DNA of 64,000 nucleotides from Solirubrobacteraceae bacterium (GTDB lineage Bacteria; Actinomycetota; Thermoleophilia; Solirubrobacterales; Solirubrobacteraceae), in NCBI GenBank assembly GCA_036510155.1, contig DATCEK010000161.1:5347-69346 (forward strand). Direction: 5' to 3'. Within the stretch, counting starts at the first letter, position 1. Each line of letters opens with the position of its first letter. The notes under the pieces were generated by a model that saw only the letters and a program-made list of their open reading frames with translations, ran no database searches and was not told the origin of the DNA. Positions 9,682-18,492 of the stretch are shown in pieces. The position numbers and the translations under genes were made by a program.

Positions 9682-9741
9682 GGAGCCGATAATCACCCGA
9701 GTGAGCGTCCCCAACGGCAGCACTCACGCCAGTCGACGAGT

Positions 9742-10593
9742 CTAGTGACCAGCAGCAGCAGCCTGCTCGGCCACCGCGACACGCGAATCGTCGCGGCTCA
9801 GCATGCTGATGAAGACCGCAGCGAAGGCGATGCCGAAGACGAGGAACTCGACGAAGCACATGCCGGCGCCGGCGACCTGCTGATCGGCGATCGCGCTGAG
9901 GCCAAAAGCGCGAGGAGCTGAGGCGTAGAGCGGGTACTGCGTGGTGGTGATCCAGGTCAGAGGCAGGCAGACCGCCGCGGAGGCGATGCGGCTGAAGCCG
10001 AGTAGCGCCAGGCGCTGACCGTCTGGGCGAGGCCGCACGCGCGGCATCGGATCGATGATCAGCCACCAAAGGGCAAGACCTGTGTAGAACAGGGTCGCGT
10101 GCTCGAATGCGTGCACCACGCTGTGCTGAGCGGCGAAGTCGAAGACCGCCGGGATCGCCCATACCCAGGTGGCGAGCGCCCACAGCGGGATAGCCACCCA
10201 TGGCGAGGTCGCCACCGCCAGCGTTTTGCCCCAGCGTCCGCCGGGAGCGACGGCACGCAGCGCCGGCCGGGCGAGACCGAGGGACAGGACCGGGGAGCGC
10301 AGACCGAGCACCAACAGCGCAGGAGCGATGTCCGAGAGCAAAACGTGCTGGGCCATGTGCGCGGATAGCAGCCAACCGTCGCCGATCGCATCCAAGGGCG
10401 AGAGCAAAGCGACCGCGATCGCAACCAGACCGGCCGTGTAAGGGATCCAGTGGCTGGCGCCGACCGTCTGCGAGCGCGATGCTGCACGCCTGTACATACG
10501 CATGTAAAGGACGGCTGCAGCAAGCAGCGCAAGGATCGCGAGAGGATCGAGGCTCCATGAGCCCCAGCCGGGCACGGAAGTCATCGGCGGCAT
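9742..10593 (-). CDS. ctaG: Cytochrome c oxidase assembly protein (Caa3_CtaG family)
   Basis: LLSPLD...LSAHMAQHVLL..IAPALLVLG, HAFEH..LFYTGLALWW, DQQVAGAGM; multi-transmembrane. Confidence 0.88.
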   Translation of the reverse strand: MPPMTSVPGWGSWSLDPLAILALLAAAVLYMRMYRRAASRSQTVGASHWIPYTAGLVAIAVALLSPLDAIGDGWLLSAHMAQHVLLSDIAPALLVLGLRSPVLSLGLARPALRAVAPGGRWGKTLAVATSPWVAIPLWALATWVWAIPAVFDFAAQHSVVHAFEHATLFYTGLALWWLIIDPMPRVRPRPDGQRLALLGFSRIASAAVCLPLTWITTTQYPLYASAPRAFGLSAIADQQVAGAGMCFVEFLVFGIAFAAVFISMLSRDDSRVAVAEQAAAAGH

Positions 10594-10701
10594 CCTATCG
10601 ATCCGCCCATCGGACGTGTCCCGAGCTCGCCACGAAGCTCGTCCTGCAGCCCGACCGGCGGGAGTGGCGGCCTGCGCCAAAGGGTCCTAGGTCGAGCAAA
10701 G

Positions 10702-11772
10702 TCATTCGCCGCCTCCATAGGACGCGGGCGGGGCCGGGTTCGAGCGGATCGCTGCCAACTGCGCCAGCAGCTCAGCAGGGCTCGTGCCACCCAGCACACG
10801 CAAGCGCGGCAGACGATAAGAGTCGCCGCTGGGCGAGGCCCAGCCGGGGACGACCGTGGTGGAGCCCACATATCCCGCAGCCTTGACGGCGTTTATAACC
10901 GTTGAGTTGTAGTGCCCCGAGGGGTAGCAAAACCAGTTGACCGGCACCTGGTAGCGACGCTGCACCTCAGCCCGCGCGACGGCGACCTGTTCGTGCAGGG
11001 CAGTCGGGCTGAGCGTGATCAGGTCGGCGTGGCTGATCCCCTGCGTGTCGAGCTCCCAGCCGGCGGCCACCAGGCCACGGATCTGCGCATCGCTCAAACC
11101 TCCCTGCGAAGGGGGGAGGCCCGTCAGCTGCATGTTCTCGACACCCACCCAGCCGAGCCGCCGCAACACCGGCAACGCCTGGGTGTACTGGGACTGGTAG
11201 CCGTTGTCGAAGCTCAGCACGATCGGCTTGCCGGCAGGAAGGGGAGTGCCGCGCGTCCAGTTGGCACGCATCTGATCCATCGTCACGGCATGAAAGCCGG
11301 CGCCGGCAAGCGCGCGCGCCTGCGCAGAGAATTCTTCAGGAGAGACGTAGAGCCCAGGAAATTTCGCGCCGGCGGGCGGCGGGTTTATGACGTGGTACAT
11401 CAGGATCGGCACGGACTCGTGACCAAGCGGGCCGGTGCCTGTGCCGGCGGTGCCGGCACTCGAAGGATGGCCAGTCGAGGCGAGGATCGGCCCGGAAGCG
11501 CCTGCGCCACCGCCAGCCTCATTCACGGCATTTGAGCCCTGCCGGCCGGACTGACTGACCGCGTCACTGCCGCCCGAGCCACCAGCGCCAGCAGAACTGG
11601 GCGAGGCCCCCCGCGAGCGGCCTTTCGAGGATTCGCCGCTCGAGCCGAGGACGACGACGGCAGCGATCGTCAGGACGACGATCGCTGCTACGGCGGCGAG
11701 CCCCCGTGTACGTCTGCGCGCAACTTCACGCCGACGTGCCTCACGACGGGCTCGCCGCTGCTCGACGTCCAT
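10702..11772 (-). CDS. Membrane-anchored polysaccharide deacetylase (NodB/CE4)
   Basis: N-terminal transmembrane segment plus Ser/Gly linker; VPILMYH, LSFDNGY, SHADL, FCYPSG, LPRLRV. Confidence 0.88.
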   Translation of the reverse strand: MDVEQRRARREARRREVARRRTRGLAAVAAIVVLTIAAVVVLGSSGESSKGRSRGASPSSAGAGGSGGSDAVSQSGRQGSNAVNEAGGGAGASGPILASTGHPSSAGTAGTGTGPLGHESVPILMYHVINPPPAGAKFPGLYVSPEEFSAQARALAGAGFHAVTMDQMRANWTRGTPLPAGKPIVLSFDNGYQSQYTQALPVLRRLGWVGVENMQLTGLPPSQGGLSDAQIRGLVAAGWELDTQGISHADLITLSPTALHEQVAVARAEVQRRYQVPVNWFCYPSGHYNSTVINAVKAAGYVGSTTVVPGWASPSGDSYRLPRLRVLGGTSPAELLAQLAAIRSNPAPPASYGGGE

Positions 11773-11799
11773 CTGCTCCGTTGCTCGGGCTGGTGGGTG

Positions 11800-12072
11800 C
11801 TAGTTCAGACGCTTCTTCAGCGCGCTCGCCGCTGAGAATTTCGCGGCCTTGCTTGCTGCGATGTTGATCGTCTCCCCCGTCGAGGGATTGCGTCCCTGCC
11901 GGGCCGCGCGATTGCTGACGCTGAACTTGCCGAAACCGGCGAGAGCAACCTCGCCGCCGCCAGCCAGCTCGTCGGAGATCAACTCGATCGCCGTCTCCAG
12001 CGCCTCTCGTGCTTGCGTTCCCGCCAAGCCCGTCCGCTGCGCGACCCCATCAGCCAGCTCGTTCTTTGTCAT
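11800..12072 (-). CDS. hup: HU histone-like DNA-binding protein (90 aa)
   Basis: MTKNELAD...GEVALAGFGKFSVSNRAARQGRNPSTGETINIAASKAAKFSAASALK. Confidence 0.96.
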   Translation of the reverse strand: MTKNELADGVAQRTGLAGTQAREALETAIELISDELAGGGEVALAGFGKFSVSNRAARQGRNPSTGETINIAASKAAKFSAASALKKRLN

Positions 12073-12268
12073 GGCAGTCCCTTCTCGAGTTTCGTTACTG
12101 CGGCCCAGGCTAACGGGTGGCAAGGACGTCCGCACGCCCAGAGCGGCCTCCCTGGCCCGTTCCAGGCCCTAATTTCCGGGGAATATGCCCCATCTACGGG
12201 GCTCGCGACGCCACTTCCCGGCTCATGGCGGCAGGAGGCGAGCTGAGGCCAGGGATGCGCAAGGCGCG

Positions 12269-13282
12269 CTACGCAGAGACACGTGCGCGCGAGGCGGGAT
12301 GCGGCTCGCCCACACCCACGGCACGCGGCTGCAGACGCCCGACCGCGCAAGCGGTCCATAGCACCGAAAGCCATGTGAGCGCCGCGAGGCTGACGTGCAC
12401 CCAAACCAGCTCTGTGGGCAGGTGTGTCTCGTACTGGTCGAGCCCGACCGCCCCTTGCAGGGCGATCAGCACGCACGTGACAGTCGAGAAGCGGCGTACG
12501 AGCGGATCCGCGGGGCCGTCAGGGCCGGGTCGGCGGGCCAGCCACCAGACCAGGAGCGCCACCAGGCCAAACACGAGGGCGATCTCGCCGTGGCGGTGGA
12601 TCACGAAGTCCATCGTGCCCGTGCCGTCGAAGTCCAGGCGGTTGATCTTCTGGCCGGGCGAGCCGCCGGCGTGAGGGCCCGCGGCCGTGGCGGCCGTGCC
12701 GGCAAAGATCGTCAGCGCGCCCAGCACCACGGCGGCACGCGCCCACAGGGTCAGCGTCCTGTCAGTGGAAAGAGGGCGCACGCCAGGCTCATAGGTCGCA
12801 CGCCAGGCAAGCGCGACGGCCGCCACGAGCACCAGCATCGAGAGCGCGAAGTGGGCCATGACCCAGCCATAGTCGAGCGCCCCGCGCACCGTCAAGCCGC
12901 CAAGCACGGCCTGGGCGAGGACCCCGAGCGGCAAAAGCAAGCTCAAACGCATCAGATCGCGGCGGTAGGGCAGGCGGCGGAAGGCCAGCACGAAGGCAGC
13001 GATCGCCGCGATCGAGACCGGGATGGTGATCATCCGGTTTGAGAACTCGATCACCGCATGGGTTTGCAGCGGCGGATAGACCTTGCCGTAGCAGCGTGGC
13101 CACGTCGGGCAACCGAGCCCGGAGTCGGTGAGTCGCACAGCGGCTCCGCTCATGACGATCACGGTGAGCGCCGCCAGCGCGACATATGCCACAAGCGCAT
13201 ACTGCTCAGGTGTGAGCACGAATTCGCCGGCACGACGGCGCAGGAGACTGATACGGCCGGACATCGGGCATAAGCATTGCAT
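12269..13282 (-). CDS. ctaA: Heme A synthase (COX15/CtaA)
   Basis: GAAVRLTDSGLGCPTWPRC, IEFSNR, QAVLGGLTV, HFALS, IHR, QGAVG, VHVSLA. Confidence 0.92.
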   Translation of the reverse strand: MQCLCPMSGRISLLRRRAGEFVLTPEQYALVAYVALAALTVIVMSGAAVRLTDSGLGCPTWPRCYGKVYPPLQTHAVIEFSNRMITIPVSIAAIAAFVLAFRRLPYRRDLMRLSLLLPLGVLAQAVLGGLTVRGALDYGWVMAHFALSMLVLVAAVALAWRATYEPGVRPLSTDRTLTLWARAAVVLGALTIFAGTAATAAGPHAGGSPGQKINRLDFDGTGTMDFVIHRHGEIALVFGLVALLVWWLARRPGPDGPADPLVRRFSTVTCVLIALQGAVGLDQYETHLPTELVWVHVSLAALTWLSVLWTACAVGRLQPRAVGVGEPHPASRARVSA

Positions 13283-13399
13283 TCATGGCCATCGCGCGCG
13301 CCCCCAACGACGTGCTCCAATCACGCCGAATCACACGTTTCCAAATAGTGGGGTTTGCAGGAGATCCCGGTTCGATGCGAAAACATTTGTTTACTTCTT

Positions 13400-14176
13400 A
13401 TGAGCAACATTTACGAACATAACGGAGGCGCCCACCCGCACCTCGAGGATGAGCATGAGCATCCGGTCCTGCGCCCGGCTGACCCCAGGATCGCCAAACA
13501 GGTCCACGAAGCGCTCGGGGATGCTCGCTCAGTCGCCAACGTCGGCGCCGGTGCAGCGGAGTACGAGCCGGTGGATCGCTGGGTCCTCGCGATCGAGCCG
13601 ACCGAGCACAGGGTCACGAGCACCGCCAAAGGCCTGACGACCCCGATCAGGGGCCACGCCGAGGGCCTGCCGATCCCCTCCAACAGCGTGGACGCCGCGA
13701 TGGCGTGTCTGACGCTCCATCAGTGGGCTGACTGGCGCGTAGGCGTGCATGAGCTATTGCGGGTCGCCCGCAAGCGCGTAGTCATCTTCACCTATGACCC
13801 TGCCCATGCCGATCGCTTCTGGCTACTGCGCGACTACCTGCCGAAGCTCGGGCGCCTGCACAGCCGTCGCTTCCCGCCGATCGAGCAGCAGCGTGTCGGC
13901 ATCGGCGACGAGGTACAGGTCAAGACGGTGAACATCCCCCACGATTGCGAGAACGGTTTGCTGGCAGCCCATTGGCGCCGTCCACGGGCATACCTGGACA
14001 AGCGGGTGCGAGCCGGCATACCTACGTTTCAACTGCCGGGCGCTGGATCGCTGCTTGACGGTCTGGAGCAGCTGGCGGAGGATCTCGAGACCGGCCGCTG
14101 GCGCCAACGCAATCGCGAGCTTTTGTCAGTCGAGCAGCTGGATCTCGGCTATCGCCTGCTCGTGACCGAGCTGTAG
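13400..14176 (+). CDS. Class I SAM-dependent methyltransferase-like protein
   Basis: ADPRIA...VANVGAGAAEYEP...AEGLP...VDAAMACLTLHQW; motif I reads GAGAA rather than GAGTG. Confidence 0.75.
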   Translation: MSNIYEHNGGAHPHLEDEHEHPVLRPADPRIAKQVHEALGDARSVANVGAGAAEYEPVDRWVLAIEPTEHRVTSTAKGLTTPIRGHAEGLPIPSNSVDAAMACLTLHQWADWRVGVHELLRVARKRVVIFTYDPAHADRFWLLRDYLPKLGRLHSRRFPPIEQQRVGIGDEVQVKTVNIPHDCENGLLAAHWRRPRAYLDKRVRAGIPTFQLPGAGSLLDGLEQLAEDLETGRWRQRNRELLSVEQLDLGYRLLVTEL

Positions 14177-14177
14177 C

Positions 14178-14747
14178 TCAGCCGGCATACTCGAACGGCA
14201 GCTCTTGCGCGACCTCGCTCAAGAGCGGGGCCTCGCTGTCGCGCGCGGAGACGATCAACTCGTCGGCGGACAGCGGCCAGTCGATCGCGACGTCGGGGTC
14301 GTTCCAGGCGATGCCGCGCTCTATCGCCGGGTCGTAATAGGCGCTTTGCTTGTAGTTGACGTCGGCCACCTCGCTGAGCACGCAGAAGCCGTGGCCGAAG
14401 CCGACCGGTACGTAGAGGACGCCCATGCTCTCGTCGTCTAGCTCGAAGCCCTCCCACTGGCCATAGGTGGGCGAGCCACGGCGCAGATCGACGATCACGT
14501 CGAGTATCCTGCCGCGCGCACAGCGCACGAGCTTGGCCACACCCTCGCCGACGTGGAAGTGCATACCGCGCACGACCCCCCGGCTGGAGCGCGAATGGTT
14601 GTCCTGGATGAACAGCTCGTCCTCAGGAATGCCGGCTGCCGAGTGCCACTGCTGCCGATAGGTCTCGGCGAAGAAGCCGCGCTCATCACCGAATACAGAC
14701 GGCAAGATCAGAGCGGGACCCAAGATGCGCGCTGGGAGTATCTCCAT
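14178..14747 (-). CDS. rfbC: dTDP-4-dehydrorhamnose 3,5-epimerase
   Basis: FGDERGFFAETY, QDNHSRS..GVVRGMHF, KLVRC..G.ILDV.VDLRRGSPTYGQW, GFGHGF, WNDPDV.IDWP. Confidence 0.95.
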   Translation of the reverse strand: MEILPARILGPALILPSVFGDERGFFAETYRQQWHSAAGIPEDELFIQDNHSRSSRGVVRGMHFHVGEGVAKLVRCARGRILDVIVDLRRGSPTYGQWEGFELDDESMGVLYVPVGFGHGFCVLSEVADVNYKQSAYYDPAIERGIAWNDPDVAIDWPLSADELIVSARDSEAPLLSEVAQELPFEYAG

Positions 14748-15040
14748 TGGGGGCATGATCCCAGATGAACGACAGGCCCGCCCACATGCGCGCGCGCTCA
14801 GCGCCCTGTGGACGGGCCGGCCAGCCCCCCTTGGGGGCACGGGACCGAATGGGCATCGGCTCGTGACTTGACCATAGTGCTTCATCCCAAGGGCTTTGAA
14901 TAGGGGAAAATCAGGTAGATGAGAGCTACCGGACGGTCGGCGAACCAACCTCATCGGAGCACCGCTCGGACAAGCGGTTCGCGGAGGCCGTCCAGGCAGA
15001 GAAGCCAAACCCGAATTGCAACGATCGAGAAGGAGCAACG

Positions 15041-15799
15041 ATGACCGATCGCAAGACCGCAACACCCCAGGAGTGGCTGACGGCGCGGCTCGAGCTGCTC
15101 GACGCCGAGAAGGAACTCACGCGTCGCGGCGACGAGCTGGCCCGCATGCGACGGGAACTGCCCTGGGTCCCGATCGAGAAGGAGTACCGCTTCGAGACCG
15201 ATCAGGGCACCGCGTCCCTCGCCGATCTCTTCGGGGGGCGCTCGCAACTGATCGTCTACCACTTCATGTTCGGGCCAGATTTCACGGCGGGCTGCCCATC
15301 TTGCTCGGCGATCGCCGACGGCTTCGCCGGGTCGGTGGTGCATCTCGCCAATCACGATGTCGCCTTCACAGCAGTGTCGCGAGCGCCGCTGGAGAAGCTG
15401 CAGGCCTACAAGCGGCGGATGGACTGGAGTTTCCCGTGGGCCTCCTCGTTTGGGAGCGACTTCAACCACGACTTCCATGTCTCGCACACCCAGCAGGAAT
15501 GGGAGTCTGGAGCCGTCGACTACAACTTCCGCACCTCGGACTTCCGGCCCTCCGAGAAGAGCCCGGCGCTGATCGAGATCGCACGAGGCGTTGGGACCGA
15601 CCCGGTGACCTACCGGCAGGAGGGTCCAGGCATGAGCGCATTCGCACTCGAGGATGGCGTCGTGTTCCACACCTACTCGGCATATGGACGAGGCGTCGAC
15701 GGCCTCTGGGGTATGTACTCGTGGCTCGACCGCGCACCACTGGGCCGCAACGAGAGCGGCGTCTGGTGGCGCCGCCACGACGAGTACGAGGAGGTCTGA
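15041..15799 (+). CDS. DUF899 family thioredoxin-like protein
   Basis: EWLTARLELLDAEKELTR, RRELPWV, LADLFGGRSQLIVYHFM, CPSCS, WLDRAPLGRNE. Confidence 0.9.
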   Translation: MTDRKTATPQEWLTARLELLDAEKELTRRGDELARMRRELPWVPIEKEYRFETDQGTASLADLFGGRSQLIVYHFMFGPDFTAGCPSCSAIADGFAGSVVHLANHDVAFTAVSRAPLEKLQAYKRRMDWSFPWASSFGSDFNHDFHVSHTQQEWESGAVDYNFRTSDFRPSEKSPALIEIARGVGTDPVTYRQEGPGMSAFALEDGVVFHTYSAYGRGVDGLWGMYSWLDRAPLGRNESGVWWRRHDEYEEV

Positions 15800-17233
15800 C
15801 TACTCGGGGCGCTCGCCTGCAGGCAGTCGCACGGTCGCGCTCCCGACCACCACCGGGATTGCCCCCTGGTACTTGCTGTAGAGAACTTCGATGAGCACCG
15901 AGCGCCTGCTGACGCTTTGCAAGTGTCGGCGGAGCAGGTGAATCTTCGCAAGGTCAGCGCCGATCGCCTTGCCTACACACTGGCCGCGGAACAGTTCGGG
16001 GGCGGTGAACCTGTGTGTCACCGTCGAGCCGCGCGTCACGTTGCGCCCGAGCGACCAGCCGCTATAGCCACGGGCCACACCACTCTGACCTGGCACGAGT
16101 TCTCGCTTGCAAGCAATCGCCGGAATACGCACGAGATAATCTTCTTTGGCGCTGGTGACAGCAAACGGCGCCGTGAAACTCAACAGGACTCCGCTCACCC
16201 GACGACCAGCCAGCTGGAGCCGCACGTGCAGCGGGCGGTGCAGGTTGCGCGGCGCCACGTCGCGGACAGCCGGCCAGTGCGGCCCGGGACAGGCGTCGGC
16301 AAGATGCCCCCCGCCGGCGCCGGGCGGAATGACCGGCCCACGCCGGCAGAGCTTTCCATTCAGCCGATAGGTGATCGCAGTGAGCGGCGCTGAGGGGTGC
16401 AGGTCGCCTTCGCTGCCGAGACTTTCTCGGCCCGATCCCTCGAGCTCTTTGGGCGCAGCCCTTCGCACGATCAGGTAGGCGCCGAGCGGTTGCAGCACCG
16501 CGAGGGTGCGACCAATCTTGCCGGCCTTGTAACTGACGCTGACAGCGGGCGCTCCGAGCATCCCGTAGTAGATGTTGCGCAGCTCGCCGAGAGGACGCTT
16601 CCCTTCCCCTCCATCCGCGGCGCCTGCGCTACGGTCGACGCCGATGTATTCCCCGGCGATGACCTGGCCGGCAAAGTGACAGCTGACGGCCTCTGTCGCG
16701 TCTTCGTCATTCACCTTCACCCCTACTCTGCTCGTTTCCGGCAGCACGTCCGCCGGCAGCGGGTGAAAGCGTCCGTCGTCGTGAAATACCCCGTCGATGC
16801 CAAGCTCGCCGAGCTGCCCGTTCTCCACGCGGCCGATCTGCAAGCAGACCTCCCCGCGCGTGGTGCGAACGACCCGCATACCCCAAGGCAACCCGCCTTC
16901 GGGGTCGGGCACTCGCAGGCCCAGCAGCTTTGATGCGCCGGCTGCTGGGACGCCCTCGCCGACGTTCGGGTTCAACCGGCCTTCGGGGCGCACCGGCGCA
17001 CCGCTGAGAATCACCCCGCTCGCCGCCAAGGCGATCGTCGCACTCGCGAGCAGGCAGCCAAAGGCGATCAACGGCAAGCGCAGCCTGCGTAGCCGCAAGC
17101 GCTCAGCGAGCCGCCATACCGACGCATCGACGCCGCTTTCGGTACCGGCTGCGTTGCTCGCGGCTGCGTTGCTCGCGTTCCTGCGATTTGCTGCCTCGAG
17201 AAGGTCATGCTCCAATTGTCCAAGGACGCTCAT
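15800..17233 (-). CDS. Hypothetical membrane-anchored protein, probable anti-sigma partner of the adjacent ECF sigma
   Basis: Starts overlapping the sigma stop (ATGA); short cytoplasmic N-terminus, one transmembrane segment, large extracytoplasmic region. Confidence 0.65.
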   Translation of the reverse strand: MSVLGQLEHDLLEAANRRNASNAAASNAAGTESGVDASVWRLAERLRLRRLRLPLIAFGCLLASATIALAASGVILSGAPVRPEGRLNPNVGEGVPAAGASKLLGLRVPDPEGGLPWGMRVVRTTRGEVCLQIGRVENGQLGELGIDGVFHDDGRFHPLPADVLPETSRVGVKVNDEDATEAVSCHFAGQVIAGEYIGVDRSAGAADGGEGKRPLGELRNIYYGMLGAPAVSVSYKAGKIGRTLAVLQPLGAYLIVRRAAPKELEGSGRESLGSEGDLHPSAPLTAITYRLNGKLCRRGPVIPPGAGGGHLADACPGPHWPAVRDVAPRNLHRPLHVRLQLAGRRVSGVLLSFTAPFAVTSAKEDYLVRIPAIACKRELVPGQSGVARGYSGWSLGRNVTRGSTVTHRFTAPELFRGQCVGKAIGADLAKIHLLRRHLQSVSRRSVLIEVLYSKYQGAIPVVVGSATVRLPAGERPE

Positions 17234-17793
17234 CGCTCACCAGCCAATCTTGCTCGTAGTGTGCCCAGCCCACGGCTGACCCGTTGCCGCACCACAGCCT
17301 CCGAGCAGCGCAGCTCCCCGGCGATCTCGGAGTAGTCGCGACCCTCGAGCACGCGCGCTTGAATCGCGTGTCGCTGCTCTTCGGGAAGACATGCCAGCGC
17401 GAGCGCCACCTGATCCTCGCGCTCGCTCAGCCGTGCGATCGTCTCAACCGCATGGTCGTCGAGGACCAGCCGCGGTAGGCCGAGCCGCTCGCGCGCGGCC
17501 GACTCGACTCGACCCTGGCGATAGCTCGAGCCAAGGACGTTGCGAGCGATCCCGAACAGCCACTGGTCGGCACGCCCCTTGGCAGGATCGTAGGCCGCGA
17601 GCGACTCGAGCGCACGAGCGAATGTCTCGGCCGTGAGATCCGCGGCCAGCTCTGGGCGAGCTGTCGCCCGCATGAAGAAGCCAAGGACCCGACGCTCGAA
17701 AAGCCGATAGAAGGCGGCGAACGCCTCCCCATCCTTGCCGGCGGCGACCAGCAAGGCAGCCTCGTTGCGCGTGTCCCGCTCCATCGTCCACAT
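17230..17793 (-). CDS. ECF RNA polymerase sigma-70 factor
   Basis: DGEAFAAFY...AADLTAETF...WLFGIARN region 2; LPEEQR.AI...YSEIA...VRQRVSRGL region 4. Confidence 0.92.
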   Translation of the reverse strand: MWTMERDTRNEAALLVAAGKDGEAFAAFYRLFERRVLGFFMRATARPELAADLTAETFARALESLAAYDPAKGRADQWLFGIARNVLGSSYRQGRVESAARERLGLPRLVLDDHAVETIARLSEREDQVALALACLPEEQRHAIQARVLEGRDYSEIAGELRCSEAVVRQRVSRGLGTLRARLAGER

Positions 17794-17822
17794 CTATTAG
17801 CCCATACACCCTGCTTTGTGAC
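17794..17822 (-). promoter_or_regulatory. Putative ECF autoregulatory promoter GTCACA-N17-TAATAG
   Basis: Bipartite motif immediately before the sigma start codon; assignment is inferred. Confidence 0.3.
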
Positions 17823-17950
17823 GGCGACAGCAGTGCTCCGCGCGGGCATGCCCCACTTGCTGAGGCGATGTAAAAAACCAGAGTTCTAATATTGCGGCAA
17901 AGTATGTTTCCTGGCGTCTGCGCGCGCATACAACCGGCAAACCCACAGCG

Positions 17951-17990
17951 AATTCACGGGATGGACCGCTAATTCACGGGATGGACCGCT
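17951..17990. repeat. Exact tandem duplication of 20 bp (AATTCACGGGATGGACCGCT x2) at the csrA 3' end
   Basis: Copies at 17951-17970 and 17971-17990. Confidence 0.92.
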
Positions 17991-18315
17991 AGGTCCCCGG
18001 CTCGGCCGGCGGCGAACTCCTTGGCGACGACCCCTCCTGCTCGGGCGACTCCTCCGGCGATGGCGATACCTCCCCGGCGGGCGACGCCACATCCATCTCC
18101 TCGATCGGCGCCGACGGAAGCGCGTCGGCCTGCGCCTCTGCCGCCGCCCGGTTCTCCTCCTTGACGGCTAGCCATATCTCCTCGCGGAAGATCGACACGC
18201 CCTTCGGCGCCTCGATCCCTAGGCGCACCGTGCTGGCGCTGACCTCCATTACGGTCACGAGAATCTCGTCGCCGATCACGACGCGCTCTCCCGGACGTCG
18301 CGCCAGTATTAGCAT
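17989..18315 (-). CDS. csrA: Carbon storage regulator CsrA with extended C-terminus
   Basis: MLILARRPGERVVIGDEILVTVMEV....VRLGIEAPKGVSIFREEIWLAVKEEN (FliW-type C-terminal extension) followed by a Ser/Pro/Glu-rich tail. Confidence 0.95.
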   Translation of the reverse strand: MLILARRPGERVVIGDEILVTVMEVSASTVRLGIEAPKGVSIFREEIWLAVKEENRAAAEAQADALPSAPIEEMDVASPAGEVSPSPEESPEQEGSSPRSSPPAEPGT

Positions 18316-18319
18316 CGCT

Positions 18320-18483
18320 GAAGGTCTTTCAAGATTATCTGTGCGTTCGGGGCGTTCATGGACCAAGCTGGGCGCCGCGGGGCGTCGCAGCGCGTGCTGG
18401 TTGCACGTGCAAGACGTCACGTGGCGATCCAGCGCCGCGTCCAGGGACGTATCCGAGCGTGCAGATCATCTTGAAAGACCTTC
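18320..18483 (+). ncRNA. Candidate structured element: 164-nt rod-like fold-back between fliW and csrA
   Basis: 31-bp terminal inverted repeat (18320-18350 / 18453-18483, 27/31 Watson-Crick) plus nested inner stems and two apical mini-hairpins; most mismatches are G-U on the + strand. Confidence 0.5.
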
Positions 18484-18492
18484 TTCCAAAGA

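Noticed and set aside
14757-15040. Gene remnant or riboswitch upstream of DUF899
   Set aside because: No convincing frame, motif or fold could be supported.
18320-18483. Invertible phase-variation switch (like the C. difficile flg switch)
   Set aside because: Not excluded but disfavoured: pairing continues through the whole interior, mismatches are strand-biased G-U, and no recombinase gene is in the window.
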